Shown here: positions 1 through 16,045 of the stretch, piece by piece
Numbering within the stretch: the first letter of the stretch is position 1
How the letters are laid out: each line of letters starts with the position of its first letter
Sequence record: NC_041919.1
Length of the DNA: 64,000 nt
DNA from: Escherichia phage HP3
Strand: one strand, 5' to 3'
Position numbers and translations under genes: made by a program
Notes under the pieces: model-generated
Database searches by the model: none
What the model saw: only the letters and a program-made list of their open reading frames with translations
Told to the model about the DNA's origin: nothing

Positions 1-1486
<1,486 letters not shown>

Positions 1487-1527
1487 GATTTCTCCTAATC
1501 TGGGCTTTAATTAGTTTATAATATTTA

Positions 1528-3229
<1,702 letters not shown>

Positions 3230-3241
3230 TTAAAATCCTTT

Positions 3242-3257
3242 GGGGCCCTGCGGCCCC
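3242..3257 (-). terminator. GC hairpin between wac and gene 13
   Basis: ggggccctgcggcccc inverted repeat; weak T-run on minus strand. Confidence 0.3.
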
Positions 3258-3260
3258 ATG

Positions 3261-4718
3261 TTATGCTGGTGATAAAAAGGTAGAAAGTAGTACCCATTCG
3301 CCGTCTTTACGAACGTAAGCTTGGCCATCTTTTGGAGCTTCAGGAATATAACCTGCTTCTTGTAGAGCTTGAACGCTGCTCTGTAAAGAGGATATATTGT
3401 CTTTAGCTGTATTTACTTCATGCGTGACTACCGCAATGTTAGTTTCATTCGTTTTTATAGAATTAGTTAATCCTCGTTCTTCAACAGTTGATCCGTCAGG
3501 ATTATTTCCATTTATAAGTGAAGTAAGTTCAATAACTTGACCTTTAATTCCTGTTCTATTATTTCCTATTTCAACTTGTATATTTTGAACATTATTGTTT
3601 AAAACTGAAACTTCTCCTTCAAGCACTGAAACTTTATTTAATAGAGATCCAGAAGGAGACGGTTGTCCTCCGCTGGAGTCAGTTCCAACAATTTGATTTA
3701 ACCACGAAACATTCGCTCTTAAACCAGACGAAGTGTTTTCACCAACAATTCCGTTTAAAGACTCAATAGAAGTTGTGTGATTTTTAATTTTTCCTTTAAT
3801 ACTAGAAGGAATATCATCTGAACCTATAGAAGTTTCAATAGCCGTTAAGCGCTGTTTAACACCTTCACTCTGATTTAATTCATTATTAATAGCTTCAATG
3901 CTACTTTTGTTATTATTAATTTCTGTTATTATAGAAACATTTTCTGGGTATCCAATAGAAGATTTAATTTCTGCTATATCAGAAATTATTAAAGTTTGTT
4001 TATCATCTATGGTGTTTAATCTATTATAAATATTTGGCCCAAAATCTACTGGTTTATTACCAAGTTCATCACGTAATTTACCAACTTCAACAGTTAATGA
4101 TCCTACGTCAGATTCAGTAAATTTATTTTCTAATTCACTTAAACGAATGCCTTGTGAAGATAATAATGTACTATTTGTTATTATTCTGTGTTTCATTCCT
4201 GTGCTAGCATTACCAACAACAGGAAGACCGTTAATGTCTTGGCCAGAATATTGTCCTAATTCCTGTTTAATCCACAATAAATCATTTCTAATTGTTCTAT
4301 AAACAGAGTTTTCTTCATCATTAAATGGACCTATATCAGCAATAATTTTGTCAACTGTATTATTAGTTCCAGTTAATATATCAGTGTGTTCACTGGTAAG
4401 TGTCTTTAAATTCGATATGTCATTTTTATTAACACTGATCTGCGATAGTGCTTCTATATCTCCTGATACATCTAAAACTCCTTGAATTGTTTTAATATCT
4501 TTCTGTGATGTTTCAATGGCAGTTTTAAGAATTCCCACATTTTCATCAAGAACTTCGACGTTTTTAAACACGGAAACAATTGGTCTATTCATTGATCCAT
4601 CATTTCCATACTTAGTACTAGCTCCTAATATTTCTTCACCATTTTTAATCCATGAAATACGTTCCTGACCTTCGTCAGGAACGCTATCAACAAAAGGTAA
4701 CTCTTTTAATTCAATCAT
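3261..4718 (-). CDS. wac: Fibritin (whisker antigen control) with C-terminal foldon
   Basis: 485 aa; heptad-rich coiled coil; C-terminus [27 protein letters not shown] matches the T4 fibritin foldon. Confidence 0.9.
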   Translation of the reverse strand: MIELKELPFVDSVPDEGQERISWIKNGEEILGASTKYGNDGSMNRPIVSVFKNVEVLDENVGILKTAIETSQKDIKTIQGVLDVSGDIEALSQISVNKNDISNLKTLTSEHTDILTGTNNTVDKIIADIGPFNDEENSVYRTIRNDLLWIKQELGQYSGQDINGLPVVGNASTGMKHRIITNSTLLSSQGIRLSELENKFTESDVGSLTVEVGKLRDELGNKPVDFGPNIYNRLNTIDDKQTLIISDIAEIKSSIGYPENVSIITEINNNKSSIEAINNELNQSEGVKQRLTAIETSIGSDDIPSSIKGKIKNHTTSIESLNGIVGENTSSGLRANVSWLNQIVGTDSSGGQPSPSGSLLNKVSVLEGEVSVLNNNVQNIQVEIGNNRTGIKGQVIELTSLINGNNPDGSTVEERGLTNSIKTNETNIAVVTHEVNTAKDNISSLQSSVQALQEAGYIPEAPKDGQAYVRKDGEWVLLSTFLSPA

Positions 4719-4727
4719 TTGTAATCC

Positions 4728-6278
4728 TTAGTAATGAACTTTAATAATATAGTTTAATGATATATTCCATGGTCTAGTTTCATAACCAATTAATCCTTCA
4801 CGATTAAGTGTACCATGAGCATCTCTCGGTCCACCTAATTCAAATCCATCATTAGTGAAGTATGAAGCATTATCCCAGTCGGAATATTTTCTAGTTCCAA
4901 GATATCCTTGATAAACTGACGCGCCAAATGGGCCTTCACTTCTGTTATATTCACCCCAACCACCAGCATGTTTATGGTATGACATTTGTTGTGCCTGAAC
5001 ACCACCAACATGCATTCCGTCACATCCTACGCCCAGTCTATCCTTTCCATAGCCATCTTGTCCACGTTGATTTAAAATATGACCGCCTGTGCCGGCTCCT
5101 CTGACGAAAAGACCCCGCATATCAGGAACGCCAGGATTATTCCAATCGCCACCAAATCTTGTTCCAACTACGTTTCTATAATCAGGAAATTGGTCACCTG
5201 ACACGGTTCCACCATGACACATAATCCAACCTGGAGGTGCTGAATCACCCGCAAACATCATAATAGTTCCAACCGGAACTCGTTCGGACGCATATCTTTC
5301 AGTGGCAACAGGTTGATCGCCATTTTTCCACATTCCACCGCGTGACCAAATTCCATTTGCTGTAAGATGGTCTAAATTTAAAGAACCATTAATAGTTTGT
5401 CCACCACGAGTATTAATTACATCTGCGTTCCATGCTAATGCTCCAGAGCTATCACCTTCAGGGGCAATACCGGCTTGCGTCGTTAATTTAACTACTCCAC
5501 GCATAGAACCGGTAGCTCCTCGACCATTTAGTGTTTCACCTGTTACTGCAACACCACCCAAATTATTATTAATTTCAGTCTGCGTTCCTAGGCGTATAAC
5601 ACCCTTATATTCATGTGTTGCAACAGAATTCATAAAGGTATACGGGGAAATTGCATATCCTTCGCGGAGAGTTCCTTGACGAATTTGTGCAACAGTAGAT
5701 AATTGAACTACTCCTCTCACCGATTCTGTTGCAGTGTCTTCTGAAGGAGCTATTTGCGAAATTAATTTTATTGCAAGTTTTTGGGTTTTTAGCGGAGTCA
5801 TCGCAGTAGTATCATCAACTCCAGCCAAAGCTGCAGGTGTAGATGATATTTTAATAACCCCGTTTGATGACTCAGACGAATATCTATTTTTGAACACATC
5901 GTCAGTGTGGTATTTCAGTTTTTGTGGTGTTATTGATGAATTATTATCTGAGCCTTTTAATGTTTCTTCATTTGTTGAATAACGCGTTAAACCATATTTA
6001 GTTTCAGTAGCATTTGGATACAATAATCTTGTTGCTAATGTAGCTGGTGTAACGATTTTAGAATTATTAGTTCCATCTAAAACCTCTTGCTCTGACGCAA
6101 TCATTGCTATTCCTTTAACTTCCATAGTTGCATCAGGAATACCATTTACGCCGATATTACTTATTTTTGATAATGCAGACTGTACTGTCGTAACAGTGCC
6201 AGGAAAATTCGATCCAGTAGGATCGAATTTAACATATTTTGATTCATTTGATACGTGCTGATATGTATTGTTACTCAT
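4728..6278 (-). CDS. 12: Short tail fibre gp12
   Basis: 516 aa (T4 gp12 about 527 aa); position between gp11 and wac. Confidence 0.8.
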   Translation of the reverse strand: MSNNTYQHVSNESKYVKFDPTGSNFPGTVTTVQSALSKISNIGVNGIPDATMEVKGIAMIASEQEVLDGTNNSKIVTPATLATRLLYPNATETKYGLTRYSTNEETLKGSDNNSSITPQKLKYHTDDVFKNRYSSESSNGVIKISSTPAALAGVDDTTAMTPLKTQKLAIKLISQIAPSEDTATESVRGVVQLSTVAQIRQGTLREGYAISPYTFMNSVATHEYKGVIRLGTQTEINNNLGGVAVTGETLNGRGATGSMRGVVKLTTQAGIAPEGDSSGALAWNADVINTRGGQTINGSLNLDHLTANGIWSRGGMWKNGDQPVATERYASERVPVGTIMMFAGDSAPPGWIMCHGGTVSGDQFPDYRNVVGTRFGGDWNNPGVPDMRGLFVRGAGTGGHILNQRGQDGYGKDRLGVGCDGMHVGGVQAQQMSYHKHAGGWGEYNRSEGPFGASVYQGYLGTRKYSDWDNASYFTNDGFELGGPRDAHGTLNREGLIGYETRPWNISLNYIIKVHY

Positions 6279-6952
6279 GCTACTCTCTCAAAATAATAAA
6301 ATACTGTAGGTTGTGTGTGACTATCTAGCGTAACAGTTTGCGCACCTAATAATTGCCAAGTTCCATACCCAGGTTTAGAAGGAGAAATTATTTCCTGTTT
6401 GAAAGTAATTCCTTTATCAGAGTATTGTTCTAAGATATGTTCTTGGTTATCTAAATACTTAACTTGTATTTTATTTCCTATGGTAGGATGGTCTTCAAAT
6501 GAATCAATTGCAATAAATTTTACAACCATTTCCTGTAGAGCTATTCTAACGGCACTAGTAAATTCAATTGAAGTCATTCCATTAGTAGCTTTAACTGGAA
6601 TACCAAACATGTTAACAATAACTGGGTCACCTGATTTGACTGAAGTATCAGTAACAGTTCCTTCAAATGACCAATAGTCGGTTTGTTGCACGCCAGTAGG
6701 AGATACGCCGCTTATATTAACTAATACAGCTCCAACCGGTTGCTCTGCCATATTTCTAACATCATTGATAGCAGATTCTACATTCGGGTCATAAAAACCT
6801 TTTGCTATTTGTGAAATTGTTACAGCGCCTACTGGCTGATTATTCATAACCGAAATATCATTTTTCTTAGTTCTAAAACCAAGAAAATCTGCTAAGCGGG
6901 AAATAACTCCCGCTTTATTATTAAGTAAACTCATTATGCAATCCTTATCCAA
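6275..6952 (-). CDS. 11: Baseplate wedge protein gp11
   Basis: 225 aa; synteny. Confidence 0.75.
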   Translation of the reverse strand: MDKDCIMSLLNNKAGVISRLADFLGFRTKKNDISVMNNQPVGAVTISQIAKGFYDPNVESAINDVRNMAEQPVGAVLVNISGVSPTGVQQTDYWSFEGTVTDTSVKSGDPVIVNMFGIPVKATNGMTSIEFTSAVRIALQEMVVKFIAIDSFEDHPTIGNKIQVKYLDNQEHILEQYSDKGITFKQEIISPSKPGYGTWQLLGAQTVTLDSHTQPTVFYYFERVA

Positions 6953-8739
6953 CGGTATACAGTAATAGACGGTTGAATATTACTAATATTAGTAGGAGGA
7001 GTATGTGAAGAGTTTGTTGTTGCGTAGTCTTCACGATATTTTGTATATATAGGACCAGTTTCGTCTGGGTCATATTGACAACCTCCAATAATAACTGATC
7101 CGTTTTCATCTTCAATTAAAACTTTTTCATCAGTTTTAGTCGCAGGAAGATTTGCGTTCTCAAGTGTCACCGATGTTGTTCCAACTGTTCCACCGGCAGT
7201 ATGTGAAGGATTTCCGCTAGAATCTAAATCATTATTGTTTAAAGCAAAGTTTGGATCCGTAACATCATCATTCCATCCTACTAAAACTTGTCCTTTACCA
7301 AATAATTTCCATGAACCAAATCCCATATAAGTCACCGGATTATTTGGATTTATAGCATTTTCATAAATTGAACCTACAGGATAAATGCTATCGAAAATAG
7401 ATGATATTGAATTATACGTTCTAGTATAAGAATCAACTTTTTCAACATTTGGCCAACCGATTTTATCAAAATCTGTTAAGGCTACATCACCAGTAACTTC
7501 GGTAGATGATCCTTTACTAACATAACGGTCATCCGTTAATTCAATGATGTCATCTTTTTCTAAAAGAGTTCCTAAATCATTATTGAACCACGTTATAACG
7601 ATTATATCACCTGATTCAAATTTTCTATCAAATAAAAGACTAACAGGTTTTCCATCTTCATATTCTATAGAATAATCTGTGTTAGATTCTTTCCATTCAC
7701 CACCAAGAGATATACATCCTGCTTGCGTATCTGAGTTAGCACCTTCACACAAAAACAGAGGATATCCTGCTGTTCCAGCTTGTTGTTGTAAAATTCCATT
7801 AAAACGAACTTCAAGAGAATTAGGATTAATAGGTTCTCCAGGAATTAATCCAAATGCAGAGAATGGAATTGATTTCATTGTTGATAAATCAGTAACGTAA
7901 ATACTTCCTTCTAAAGAAGTTTTTGACGTTAATTTTGAATCTAATACTTTTATTTGGCGTCTTGTATATGAACTTCTCCATTGTGATATACCATCCATAA
8001 ATGTTTCAATTTGAACAGTGTCACCAATATTACAAGGCTGTCTTAACCTAATATTAAATCCATCAAGAGGAATCAATTCTCCTTCATTTTCCCCAGGAGA
8101 GCCAAAGTCACTGTTTTCACTAAATACATCGCCGTAATATAATTCATTACCACGGTGTTTTACTCGGATGTTATTAACATTATAGCTAGTTCCGCGGAAA
8201 ACATCTAAAAAGTCTGTTTGTCCTTGAACTTCGACTAAAAATTCTTTACGTGCTACATTACTAATATCTGAACTAATAATTTTGTCAATTTGTTTGTTTT
8301 TGACATATTCCCAACGTCCTGGAGCACAATAAACGAGCTCTAAATCACTAAATTGAATATTAATTTCAACTGACGATGACGACCCTTTAATTGTATCCCC
8401 AGAAGCAGCTACTAAAGTAACTGGATTAATGTTCCATGTTGCAAATACATCCCTAGCTCTAATTACTTTATTATAATCATTAACAGTTCCTTTAGGAAGT
8501 TGTAAAGTTACTCTTCCAGAAGAGGTATTAATAGCGTATGATTTTCCCCACTTAGCTTTTAATGTTTGACCGGATGAAGCATTATAAGTTTTCCAGGCAC
8601 CGGCTGAATATGGAACATCTCCATCGCCAAGTTCATAATAAAGTTCATCAAAGTTTTCATTTATTTTTATACCACCTTTACGCAGGTAGTCACCGGTACC
8701 ATCATCAACAACATTACCGATATTAATATTTTGTTTCAT
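6934..8739 (-). CDS. 10: Baseplate wedge protein gp10
   Basis: 601 aa (T4 gp10 about 602 aa); synteny. Confidence 0.8.
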   Translation of the reverse strand: MKQNINIGNVVDDGTGDYLRKGGIKINENFDELYYELGDGDVPYSAGAWKTYNASSGQTLKAKWGKSYAINTSSGRVTLQLPKGTVNDYNKVIRARDVFATWNINPVTLVAASGDTIKGSSSSVEINIQFSDLELVYCAPGRWEYVKNKQIDKIISSDISNVARKEFLVEVQGQTDFLDVFRGTSYNVNNIRVKHRGNELYYGDVFSENSDFGSPGENEGELIPLDGFNIRLRQPCNIGDTVQIETFMDGISQWRSSYTRRQIKVLDSKLTSKTSLEGSIYVTDLSTMKSIPFSAFGLIPGEPINPNSLEVRFNGILQQQAGTAGYPLFLCEGANSDTQAGCISLGGEWKESNTDYSIEYEDGKPVSLLFDRKFESGDIIVITWFNNDLGTLLEKDDIIELTDDRYVSKGSSTEVTGDVALTDFDKIGWPNVEKVDSYTRTYNSISSIFDSIYPVGSIYENAINPNNPVTYMGFGSWKLFGKGQVLVGWNDDVTDPNFALNNNDLDSSGNPSHTAGGTVGTTSVTLENANLPATKTDEKVLIEDENGSVIIGGCQYDPDETGPIYTKYREDYATTNSSHTPPTNISNIQPSITVYRWIRIA

Positions 8740-9605
8740 TATTGAGCCACCCCGATTTTCTGCGTAGCGATAACTTTAACTGCTGCTCTCATACCGACAG
8801 TTGAAGAACTTATAGTTGCCGTTACATAATTTTCTTTAATACTAAATGCAATATTAGCGATTTCGTCTTCTTCTGTTTCATTTCCAACCCGCATGACAGC
8901 ATATTCAGAAGAAATGACCGCTGAATTAACAGTATCTACAAGAATATTTATTTCTGCCGTTTTAATTTTTCTTCCATCTACTGATTGGCATGTAACTAAC
9001 AATTTAGCCATGTTATATTCAGTACGATGAAACAATGGAATGTCAACTGACCCAGATGTAGAAATATTCCATGTACCTTCGGCCGGTGATTCCTTTTGAC
9101 CAAACATACTTTCAATAGAATAATTCCAAACCGACGTAGAATTATCAGATGAAATACAACGTAAAGTAACTTTACTATATGGACTAGTTACTACTAAATT
9201 ACCTGAAACGCCTTTAATTGAATCAATAGCCTGAATCGTTAAAGGATTAGTAACTGATATTGATCCATTAGAGTTAATGAATTCAACACAATCGCCAAGT
9301 TCTCCTCTTTCAATAATAACTTTAACACCTACAGTAGAGGTATCAATATCATGTCTAGTGCCAACTTTCACTGGAGTTGCGTACTCCGCGATAGAGTGCT
9401 TTTGATAATATCCAGTAGCATGGATAATTTGACCATCTGCTCCAGTGCCATTTGCTACTGCCATTTTACGCTGATCGCCAAACGCATTATAAATTGCGTT
9501 AAAATCACTATTAATTTTATTACCACCGTCGAATAAGATATCACCAGTAGAAGCGTTACCAATTTCGCCGGTATCAATCAATTTCTTTGGTTCTTGAATG
9601 AACAT
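8739..9605 (-). CDS. 9: Baseplate wedge / long tail fibre attachment protein gp9
   Basis: 288 aa, same as T4 gp9. Confidence 0.8.
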   Translation of the reverse strand: MFIQEPKKLIDTGEIGNASTGDILFDGGNKINSDFNAIYNAFGDQRKMAVANGTGADGQIIHATGYYQKHSIAEYATPVKVGTRHDIDTSTVGVKVIIERGELGDCVEFINSNGSISVTNPLTIQAIDSIKGVSGNLVVTSPYSKVTLRCISSDNSTSVWNYSIESMFGQKESPAEGTWNISTSGSVDIPLFHRTEYNMAKLLVTCQSVDGRKIKTAEINILVDTVNSAVISSEYAVMRVGNETEEDEIANIAFSIKENYVTATISSSTVGMRAAVKVIATQKIGVAQ

Positions 9606-9629
9606 AGCGGTTTCCTTATGAGTTTATAG

Positions 9630-9637
9630 TATTTATA
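9630..9637 (-). promoter_or_regulatory. Late promoter TATAAATA upstream of gene 9
   Basis: Plus-strand tatttata at 9630-9637 is TATAAATA on the minus strand, about 25 nt upstream of the gp9 start. Confidence 0.5.
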
Positions 9638-9639
9638 AA

Positions 9640-9666
9640 GAAAAAGGGAGCCCATGGGCTCCCTTA
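9640..9666 (-). terminator. Hairpin terminator downstream of gene 8
   Basis: aagggagcccatgggctccctt perfect inverted repeat followed by a T-run on the minus strand. Confidence 0.5.
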
Positions 9667-9668
9667 AT

Positions 9669-10673
9669 TTAAAATGTAAACAGAATATTGATTTCTTCTG
9701 TCTGATCCATTGCCATGATAATAGGTGGCCTATTTTCCATATAAATCATTTCGCCCGAATGCCTCATTAAATCTTCTGGATCATAATAATCCTTTTCAGC
9801 TTTAACATTTGGGTCATTTGGATGAGCTTTAGCTTCAAGAGGATTTGTGATTATTGATATTTGTCTAAATCCTTTATTTCCTGGCAATGCAGCATCAGGA
9901 AAGTAAACTGAATCTAAATATGCTTTAAAACGGATAGTATTTGCCTTAACCCGGTAAATTAATCCAAAATCATCTTGTTGCCAAGTGAGATTATCTTCAT
10001 ACCCCCATCTAGTTGGGTCTTCTTTTAATTCCTCAGGCCAAGGAACTACGATATATTCATTTGTGCATCTATTTATAGATACATCGGGCGGAATCTCAAA
10101 AAGATATTCCCAAACATATCCGTCTCCAGGTTCGATTGTTCCTTCCGCATCTCCTCGACCTTCAGGAGGAGTCATTGACCTAACAGAAGGAGTCCATTTT
10201 CCGCCTAATTTGAGGCATTCATCCTTATTAGTTAAAGATGCTATTGAACACATTCCGGTATCAGGAACATCTAAACAACGATATACTAACCAGCCTGCGC
10301 CTGATTCAGTAGCGTTGTAAGGAGCTGAGTTACACACTACAATATCGTTAATTCTAAATGTGTATGGATCCGGATATCTAGTATCTCCCCAATCTCTGCG
10401 AGGAATAACAGCATCAAGCATTGATGGAAGAACTTTTACTGTTCCCATCATATGCGTCCACATGTCAGTTACGCCTAATACAGAATCGGTTGGATAAGGT
10501 GGGGCAAAGCCCACCTCATTTTCATTTGATGACCACGGTTCTGATCTTCCAAATGTGATAAAGATAGTGTTTTTATCCGGACCACTTCCAATTGAATTAT
10601 AAAAATTCAGCATTTTTTCTGTTCTAAATTTTGAAGTAACTATCGCACGATAGATAACACTTGAATCATTCAT
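9669..10673 (-). CDS. 8: Baseplate wedge protein gp8
   Basis: 334 aa, same as T4 gp8. Confidence 0.8.
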   Translation of the reverse strand: MNDSSVIYRAIVTSKFRTEKMLNFYNSIGSGPDKNTIFITFGRSEPWSSNENEVGFAPPYPTDSVLGVTDMWTHMMGTVKVLPSMLDAVIPRRDWGDTRYPDPYTFRINDIVVCNSAPYNATESGAGWLVYRCLDVPDTGMCSIASLTNKDECLKLGGKWTPSVRSMTPPEGRGDAEGTIEPGDGYVWEYLFEIPPDVSINRCTNEYIVVPWPEELKEDPTRWGYEDNLTWQQDDFGLIYRVKANTIRFKAYLDSVYFPDAALPGNKGFRQISIITNPLEAKAHPNDPNVKAEKDYYDPEDLMRHSGEMIYMENRPPIIMAMDQTEEINILFTF

Positions 10674-13600
10674 CTATTTTAACCTGTGTTGGATTTTCAG
10701 GGTCTCTTGGATTTCCTATATTATCTTTTAGACGTTTATTAACTAAATCCCTAAATTGCGCAAATGTTGTTCCAGAAGCATCAAATAGGGGACTCATTAA
10801 TTTACGTCGTTCAGACGGCAATTGACCTTGAAATATTGAATTATTATTTTCAGCATTATAGTCATCAGGAAGAGGATATTCTACACCAGCCATTGGGCCA
10901 GGCTCATAAATTGCTTCGCCTGTTACTGAATCATACTCAATTTCACCGGTTGGAGTTAATTTAGCTACTCTATCAGCATATTCAGTAGGCAATCCAGAAT
11001 CCCATTTATAGTTTTTGTATTTATTAATTATAGTCTCTGTATGTTTAAGAGTTAAACCAACATTAATAAACATCGTTAAAAGGGTAATTGCTATAAATCC
11101 AAATCCTACTGGATGAACAAAACGAATAACGTCAGATTTCCAGCGGGAAGAAGGTAAATTGGATTTAATTTTCATTACATAGTATGATCTACTTCTATTA
11201 ATATAGTCTATATTGTTTTGAAGCAAATCCTTTCCTTTAACTCCACGAATAATTTCGCCTTCAAAACTAGGGAGTCTTTCTGCTTTAACTTCTTGACCAG
11301 CAATTAATCTTCCCAAAAGATTATGAATAGTTACGGTCCATTGCAATTTACCATTAGAATAACTTCTTTCTATATAAGTAACATTACATCTTCCTGTGGC
11401 TGTATAAATCGTTTGTCCTACTAAATCTTCAGTCAAAGAATCAGATTGAACGATTATGTCATATTCAGTACCAGCCCCAGATTCAATTTCAATTTCAACT
11501 TCTTCATTATAAAGAACTTTAAAAAGAAATTTGTATGATGCTTCAATTCCTTTAGTAGAATAAAAATCATAACTACGTGATTCAAAAAATCTTGCAACAG
11601 CATCACGTTTGTCAGCATTTAAATAAATGTTTCTTTTATATATCTCTGACCACAAATATTCCCACGCATGCTCTTCTCGTGGATACTGATTACGAATTAA
11701 ATTTCGTAAATTATTATACTGAGTTCCGTATCCGTCAGAAAGATATTGAATATATGCTTCACAAAATGCCTCAAAATTCGAATCCTGCAACAAATAAGAA
11801 TCAGGCATCATTGTGCCAATTAATGGTCTTAAATCAGGGTCAGCTAATCCATGCTCTTCTTCTGGCGACCAAGGAGTCTCATGCTCTTGGTTTTGTAAAA
11901 ATGCTTTTAAAAATACTCCAGTCGGCTTCCAAATAATTTCTACTGTATCTCTCACACGATAGTTAAAATCATAATAAGAAATTATTTCACCAGAAGATTT
12001 ATAAAAAAGCATCCCAGACGCATATTTTTTAAATCCCGTGAATTTAACATTTGGCATTACTATCGTACAATCACCATCATCCCAGTATTCATGAACTAAT
12101 CTATCTGGTGATGTTTCCGGAATATTTTCTATAACTTTAGTGTATTTTAAATCAGCATAAACTACTACAGCTCTATTAGAGTTGTTTATCCAGCACCGTG
12201 TATTAGACTTTTTAGACCAGTTAAAGAATGGTTCTGCATAGTATTTCATTGGCTGAGGCGTAAAAGTTTCCCAATCAGACTTTTCATCTGCTATAAATGC
12301 CATCATATGATAATGCTTATCAGCTAACCATTCACGAGGAAATTCATATTTAACGGCACCGATTAACTGATATTTTGCTACAGTTTCAGGGTCATTAACA
12401 ACGTTATCATTTAAAAATTTAAAATTACTCGAAGATAGAGAAACTAATTTACCATCAGTTGACATATTCGCATACCCAGGTTGAATACGTCTTCTTTCTT
12501 CTTCAGTGTTGCCAAAAACTCTTTTCCACGTTTTTGTGTCATGATTTAAAACATATATTCCTTTATCAGCAGAATCAATTATTTTTGACGTTCTAGGATT
12601 AGCATTTAATGTTTCAACTTCACCGATAATAAGAGCAAAAACTTTATCACCAATAGAATCCATTTTATAGCATACTGCTTTAGGATTTCCAGTTATAGTC
12701 ATTGTATCAGGTTCAAATAGCCTTTCTGAATATGTTGGAGATAATGGATCAGAATCTATAGGTGCATTGCTCGTTTTTATATATCTAACTTTATCTCTGG
12801 CAACAACATAGATATAATCATCCGTACAAGTAATGGCTTCAGCTATACGATATACATTCGCTGGTAAAGTCGCATAAGTACCAAAGATTTCTACATCAAA
12901 TCCTAAATGTAACTGGTCGCCAAGTTTAGCAAATGTTATATCCTGCGAACTGAATCTGACATCATCTGCTGACCATCTAACGTCAGTCGATTTACGGCCA
13001 TAGAAAATCTTGTCGTATCCTAGAACGTATGTTGTGTTCGCAGATTGGTAATATACTGTCTTAGATAAAGGATATCCTACACGGTCATTGAAGAGCTTTA
13101 CGGCTTTCCAGGTTTGTCCTTTATCATTGGATACTTTAACTACAGGTTGATAGCGCTCAAAAAGATATAGAATTCCTTCTGATTCCATCAAATAAACTCG
13201 GTTAATATCCTTACATACTTGCTGAATAGAACCTTGTATTTCATGATACTCATTTTCACCAATAATAAAATTACTTATTGATGAAACATCAACATACGAT
13301 GGGCTGAATTGAAATGATTCATTCATCAATGCAGCCATTATAGTGTCATTATTAAAATTGACATAATTAGAATTGTTAAGAGTAAACTTTTCCTGAATGA
13401 ATTTATTGGCTAATTGCATTTCAATCATGTTTTGAAATGTGTAAGCATTCGTAGCAAAAGTTTCAAACTCTTCCGTATAAACCCAATCAGATTGCTCAAA
13501 ATCTTGTGCAGCTGTAGCTACTCTAATGATGTATGATGTTAGTGGATCAGCATCATCAAAAAAGAAACTATTGTTTGCTGTATATCCTAAATTAATCCAA

Positions 13601-13764
13601 CGATATTGATCACTCGGGAGATTTTCCCCCGAGTCTGTTTTTGTCTCAGCGATTTCTACAAAATAGTAGAAATTAGCACCAACGTCATCCCAGCGTACTT
13701 GCATCTGATTTGCGGATAACTTGGAAATTCTGAGACTAGTGACTGAAGGTGCTTTTACTGTCAT
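10666..13764 (-). CDS. 7: Baseplate wedge protein gp7
   Basis: 1032 aa, same as T4 gp7; synteny. Confidence 0.85.
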   Translation of the reverse strand: MTVKAPSVTSLRISKLSANQMQVRWDDVGANFYYFVEIAETKTDSGENLPSDQYRWINLGYTANNSFFFDDADPLTSYIIRVATAAQDFEQSDWVYTEEFETFATNAYTFQNMIEMQLANKFIQEKFTLNNSNYVNFNNDTIMAALMNESFQFSPSYVDVSSISNFIIGENEYHEIQGSIQQVCKDINRVYLMESEGILYLFERYQPVVKVSNDKGQTWKAVKLFNDRVGYPLSKTVYYQSANTTYVLGYDKIFYGRKSTDVRWSADDVRFSSQDITFAKLGDQLHLGFDVEIFGTYATLPANVYRIAEAITCTDDYIYVVARDKVRYIKTSNAPIDSDPLSPTYSERLFEPDTMTITGNPKAVCYKMDSIGDKVFALIIGEVETLNANPRTSKIIDSADKGIYVLNHDTKTWKRVFGNTEEERRRIQPGYANMSTDGKLVSLSSSNFKFLNDNVVNDPETVAKYQLIGAVKYEFPREWLADKHYHMMAFIADEKSDWETFTPQPMKYYAEPFFNWSKKSNTRCWINNSNRAVVVYADLKYTKVIENIPETSPDRLVHEYWDDGDCTIVMPNVKFTGFKKYASGMLFYKSSGEIISYYDFNYRVRDTVEIIWKPTGVFLKAFLQNQEHETPWSPEEEHGLADPDLRPLIGTMMPDSYLLQDSNFEAFCEAYIQYLSDGYGTQYNNLRNLIRNQYPREEHAWEYLWSEIYKRNIYLNADKRDAVARFFESRSYDFYSTKGIEASYKFLFKVLYNEEVEIEIESGAGTEYDIIVQSDSLTEDLVGQTIYTATGRCNVTYIERSYSNGKLQWTVTIHNLLGRLIAGQEVKAERLPSFEGEIIRGVKGKDLLQNNIDYINRSRSYYVMKIKSNLPSSRWKSDVIRFVHPVGFGFIAITLLTMFINVGLTLKHTETIINKYKNYKWDSGLPTEYADRVAKLTPTGEIEYDSVTGEAIYEPGPMAGVEYPLPDDYNAENNNSIFQGQLPSERRKLMSPLFDASGTTFAQFRDLVNKRLKDNIGNPRDPENPTQVKIDE

Positions 13765-15743
13765 TGTGATATAGGCTCCAAATCGATAGTTAAGTATTGC
13801 GGACGTAAATCATTTTCAAATACAATCAGTGAACCATCACGGGTAAAGATAACATCATCGGTTGGGTCAGAATATAATTCAATAGTCTGAACCTCAAATT
13901 TTTCAGATGTTAAATTAATTTTAGCGATATTCCAATAAATCATGTCAGCCGGATAATTTATTTCACCGATAACATAGTATTTGTCGCGTCCATCAGAATT
14001 TGCTAATTTATTAAAATCATTGCCTGTATATGGCTGAATGTTTTCATTTTCTGTAACATCGCCAGAAGCAAATGGACCAATAATAACTTTACCAATTCCT
14101 TTAGAATCTCGGTCTGTTGATACTATACGAACATCATATAATACATCTTCTTCTAAACCAGTATCAGGATTTACAACCTTTCGTCCAGAATTAAATGAAA
14201 ACGTATTAGATTCCATAGAACGATCTTTTATTTGATTATTGTATTTAATACCTGCTTCAGGTGTTTTATAGAAGTTTTGTACTTCACGAACCATTTGAAT
14301 AGTCGCTGATGAACCAATGACAGAATGATCTGCATCATCTACATAAGTTAACATCTTAGATTTAGCGAAAGACGAGTTAAAAATTTCTACATCTTCGGTA
14401 TAATAACGATCAATTTTATCAATTATTTGACCTTCGAGCCACTGTTCGGATTCTTGCAGCTTATTTAAAGCATATGTGACTTTTAAATTAGTCTTAATAA
14501 AAAGATAATTAGGAGAAATAATTGATGGCGTAATAGGAGCTAAATTATAGTCTTTGAGATAATTTTTAATATCTTCGCGCTGTACAGTAGTTAAATACAG
14601 ACCTGATTTAGGTTTAGCAGCAATAAATGCATAACCAGGTTTAGTAGAATCAGTGAAAGTCTGAACTGCTTGAATAATAGAACCAAATCTCTCTGAAACG
14701 AATGTATCATAGTCAGTCGCAGTTACGCAGCGTTGCTGGGTTTCGCGTTTAATAGTACCCAATTCGCGGATACGCTCAATATCTTCTGGATCACCGCCGC
14801 CATCTGCCCCAACAAAATCTGGGTCATCGTTTGGATTTTCATTAATATTGATGACAGTTATATTTGTTAATGTATCTGCGTATGAAAATCCGACTGCTCC
14901 GTTCGCGTCAGCACCATTAGTACTGATGTACTCAATAACAATCGTAGAGTTCTGAGTAGGTTTAAGACCTCCGATATAATTGGCAGTTAAAGCTCCTTCA
15001 GAAGCATTAACAGAAATTTCACCTTCACCAAAATAGAATTCAGTGTTTCCATCAATAGTTTCACGCATATAGTAAATCGTTGATGTTGAACCAGCATGAA
15101 CCATTGACTTTCTCGTCCAGTTAATCCATTCCGCTCCATCAACATATAATTTAACCTGGTTTCTATCAATATTTTTATCATAAATGATAATAGGTGTTAA
15201 TTTATCATAAATGATTTCAGTTCTTACTATACGTCCCTGGGCCAATTTTAAACGCGGAAAATATTGGTTATTTTTATCACGAATAGCAATAACGTCTTCG
15301 GTAGAAACGAAGTTATATGGATTAACAGAAGTATCTTTTGCATATGCTAAAAAGCGAGTTCCGCGAGGAATAGTAATGTAATTCCTATTCAATGCGTCGG
15401 TGCATGTTAACATAATTTCGGTCTGCGCAGCGGATTTTGAAGTAGGTAAATATCCGTTATCTTGTGCAGCTTGAACAACTGAACTTCGTAAGTTAGCAGT
15501 ACGCATAAAGCTTTCATACACAGCAGCATTACCAAACTGCTGAATGTACAATGTATTATAAGCCAAAAGGTCACACAGAACGTTTAATCTTGAGCCTTCA
15601 AAATCATAATCCAAAAATTCATTTTGGCCATTAAGCCATTCAATGAGGTTTTGTTTTATTTCAGCAAACGTACCCCCGACGAATATCTCGGGAATAGCAT
15701 TTGCTGTTCTTGTTAATTGATAATTTACAGGGGTATTTGCCAT
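13761..15743 (-). CDS. 6: Baseplate wedge protein gp6
   Basis: 660 aa, same as T4 gp6. Confidence 0.85.
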   Translation of the reverse strand: MANTPVNYQLTRTANAIPEIFVGGTFAEIKQNLIEWLNGQNEFLDYDFEGSRLNVLCDLLAYNTLYIQQFGNAAVYESFMRTANLRSSVVQAAQDNGYLPTSKSAAQTEIMLTCTDALNRNYITIPRGTRFLAYAKDTSVNPYNFVSTEDVIAIRDKNNQYFPRLKLAQGRIVRTEIIYDKLTPIIIYDKNIDRNQVKLYVDGAEWINWTRKSMVHAGSTSTIYYMRETIDGNTEFYFGEGEISVNASEGALTANYIGGLKPTQNSTIVIEYISTNGADANGAVGFSYADTLTNITVININENPNDDPDFVGADGGGDPEDIERIRELGTIKRETQQRCVTATDYDTFVSERFGSIIQAVQTFTDSTKPGYAFIAAKPKSGLYLTTVQREDIKNYLKDYNLAPITPSIISPNYLFIKTNLKVTYALNKLQESEQWLEGQIIDKIDRYYTEDVEIFNSSFAKSKMLTYVDDADHSVIGSSATIQMVREVQNFYKTPEAGIKYNNQIKDRSMESNTFSFNSGRKVVNPDTGLEEDVLYDVRIVSTDRDSKGIGKVIIGPFASGDVTENENIQPYTGNDFNKLANSDGRDKYYVIGEINYPADMIYWNIAKINLTSEKFEVQTIELYSDPTDDVIFTRDGSLIVFENDLRPQYLTIDLEPISQ

Positions 15744-15751
15744 TTTAAATC

Positions 15752-16045
15752 CTATTTAATGAATACTTTAGATGATGCCTGAGCCACAGTATCACCGCAT
15801 GATATTGGATCAGCCATTTGAACCGCTTTCTTTCCAGTGACATATACCTTAGAAGTTCTAGGTTGTGTCACTCCGCCATGTGTTTCATATGGCTTTTTAA
15901 TTTCTGTATGTTCTGTAATTGGATCACCTGCTACGAGAACAGCAATTCCTCCAGTGAATACTTTACTTTGTGTAGCATTCACAACTGTTGGAGGCCATGC
16001 TTCATGGCCGGCAGTAACACACTTATCATAACTTAATCCTGACAT
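15752..16045 (-). CDS. 5.4: PAAR-like spike tip protein gp5.4
   Basis: 97 aa, same length and position as T4 gp5.4, between gp5 and gp6. Confidence 0.75.

Noticed and set aside
10764-11936. Plus-strand ORFs (10764-10964, 11577-11936) antisense within gene 7, and similar antisense ORFs in genes 12, 11, 10, 9, 8, 6 and 5
   Set aside because: All lie within long, syntenic minus-strand structural genes whose lengths match T4 proteins; antisense frames lack RBS and look non-protein-like.
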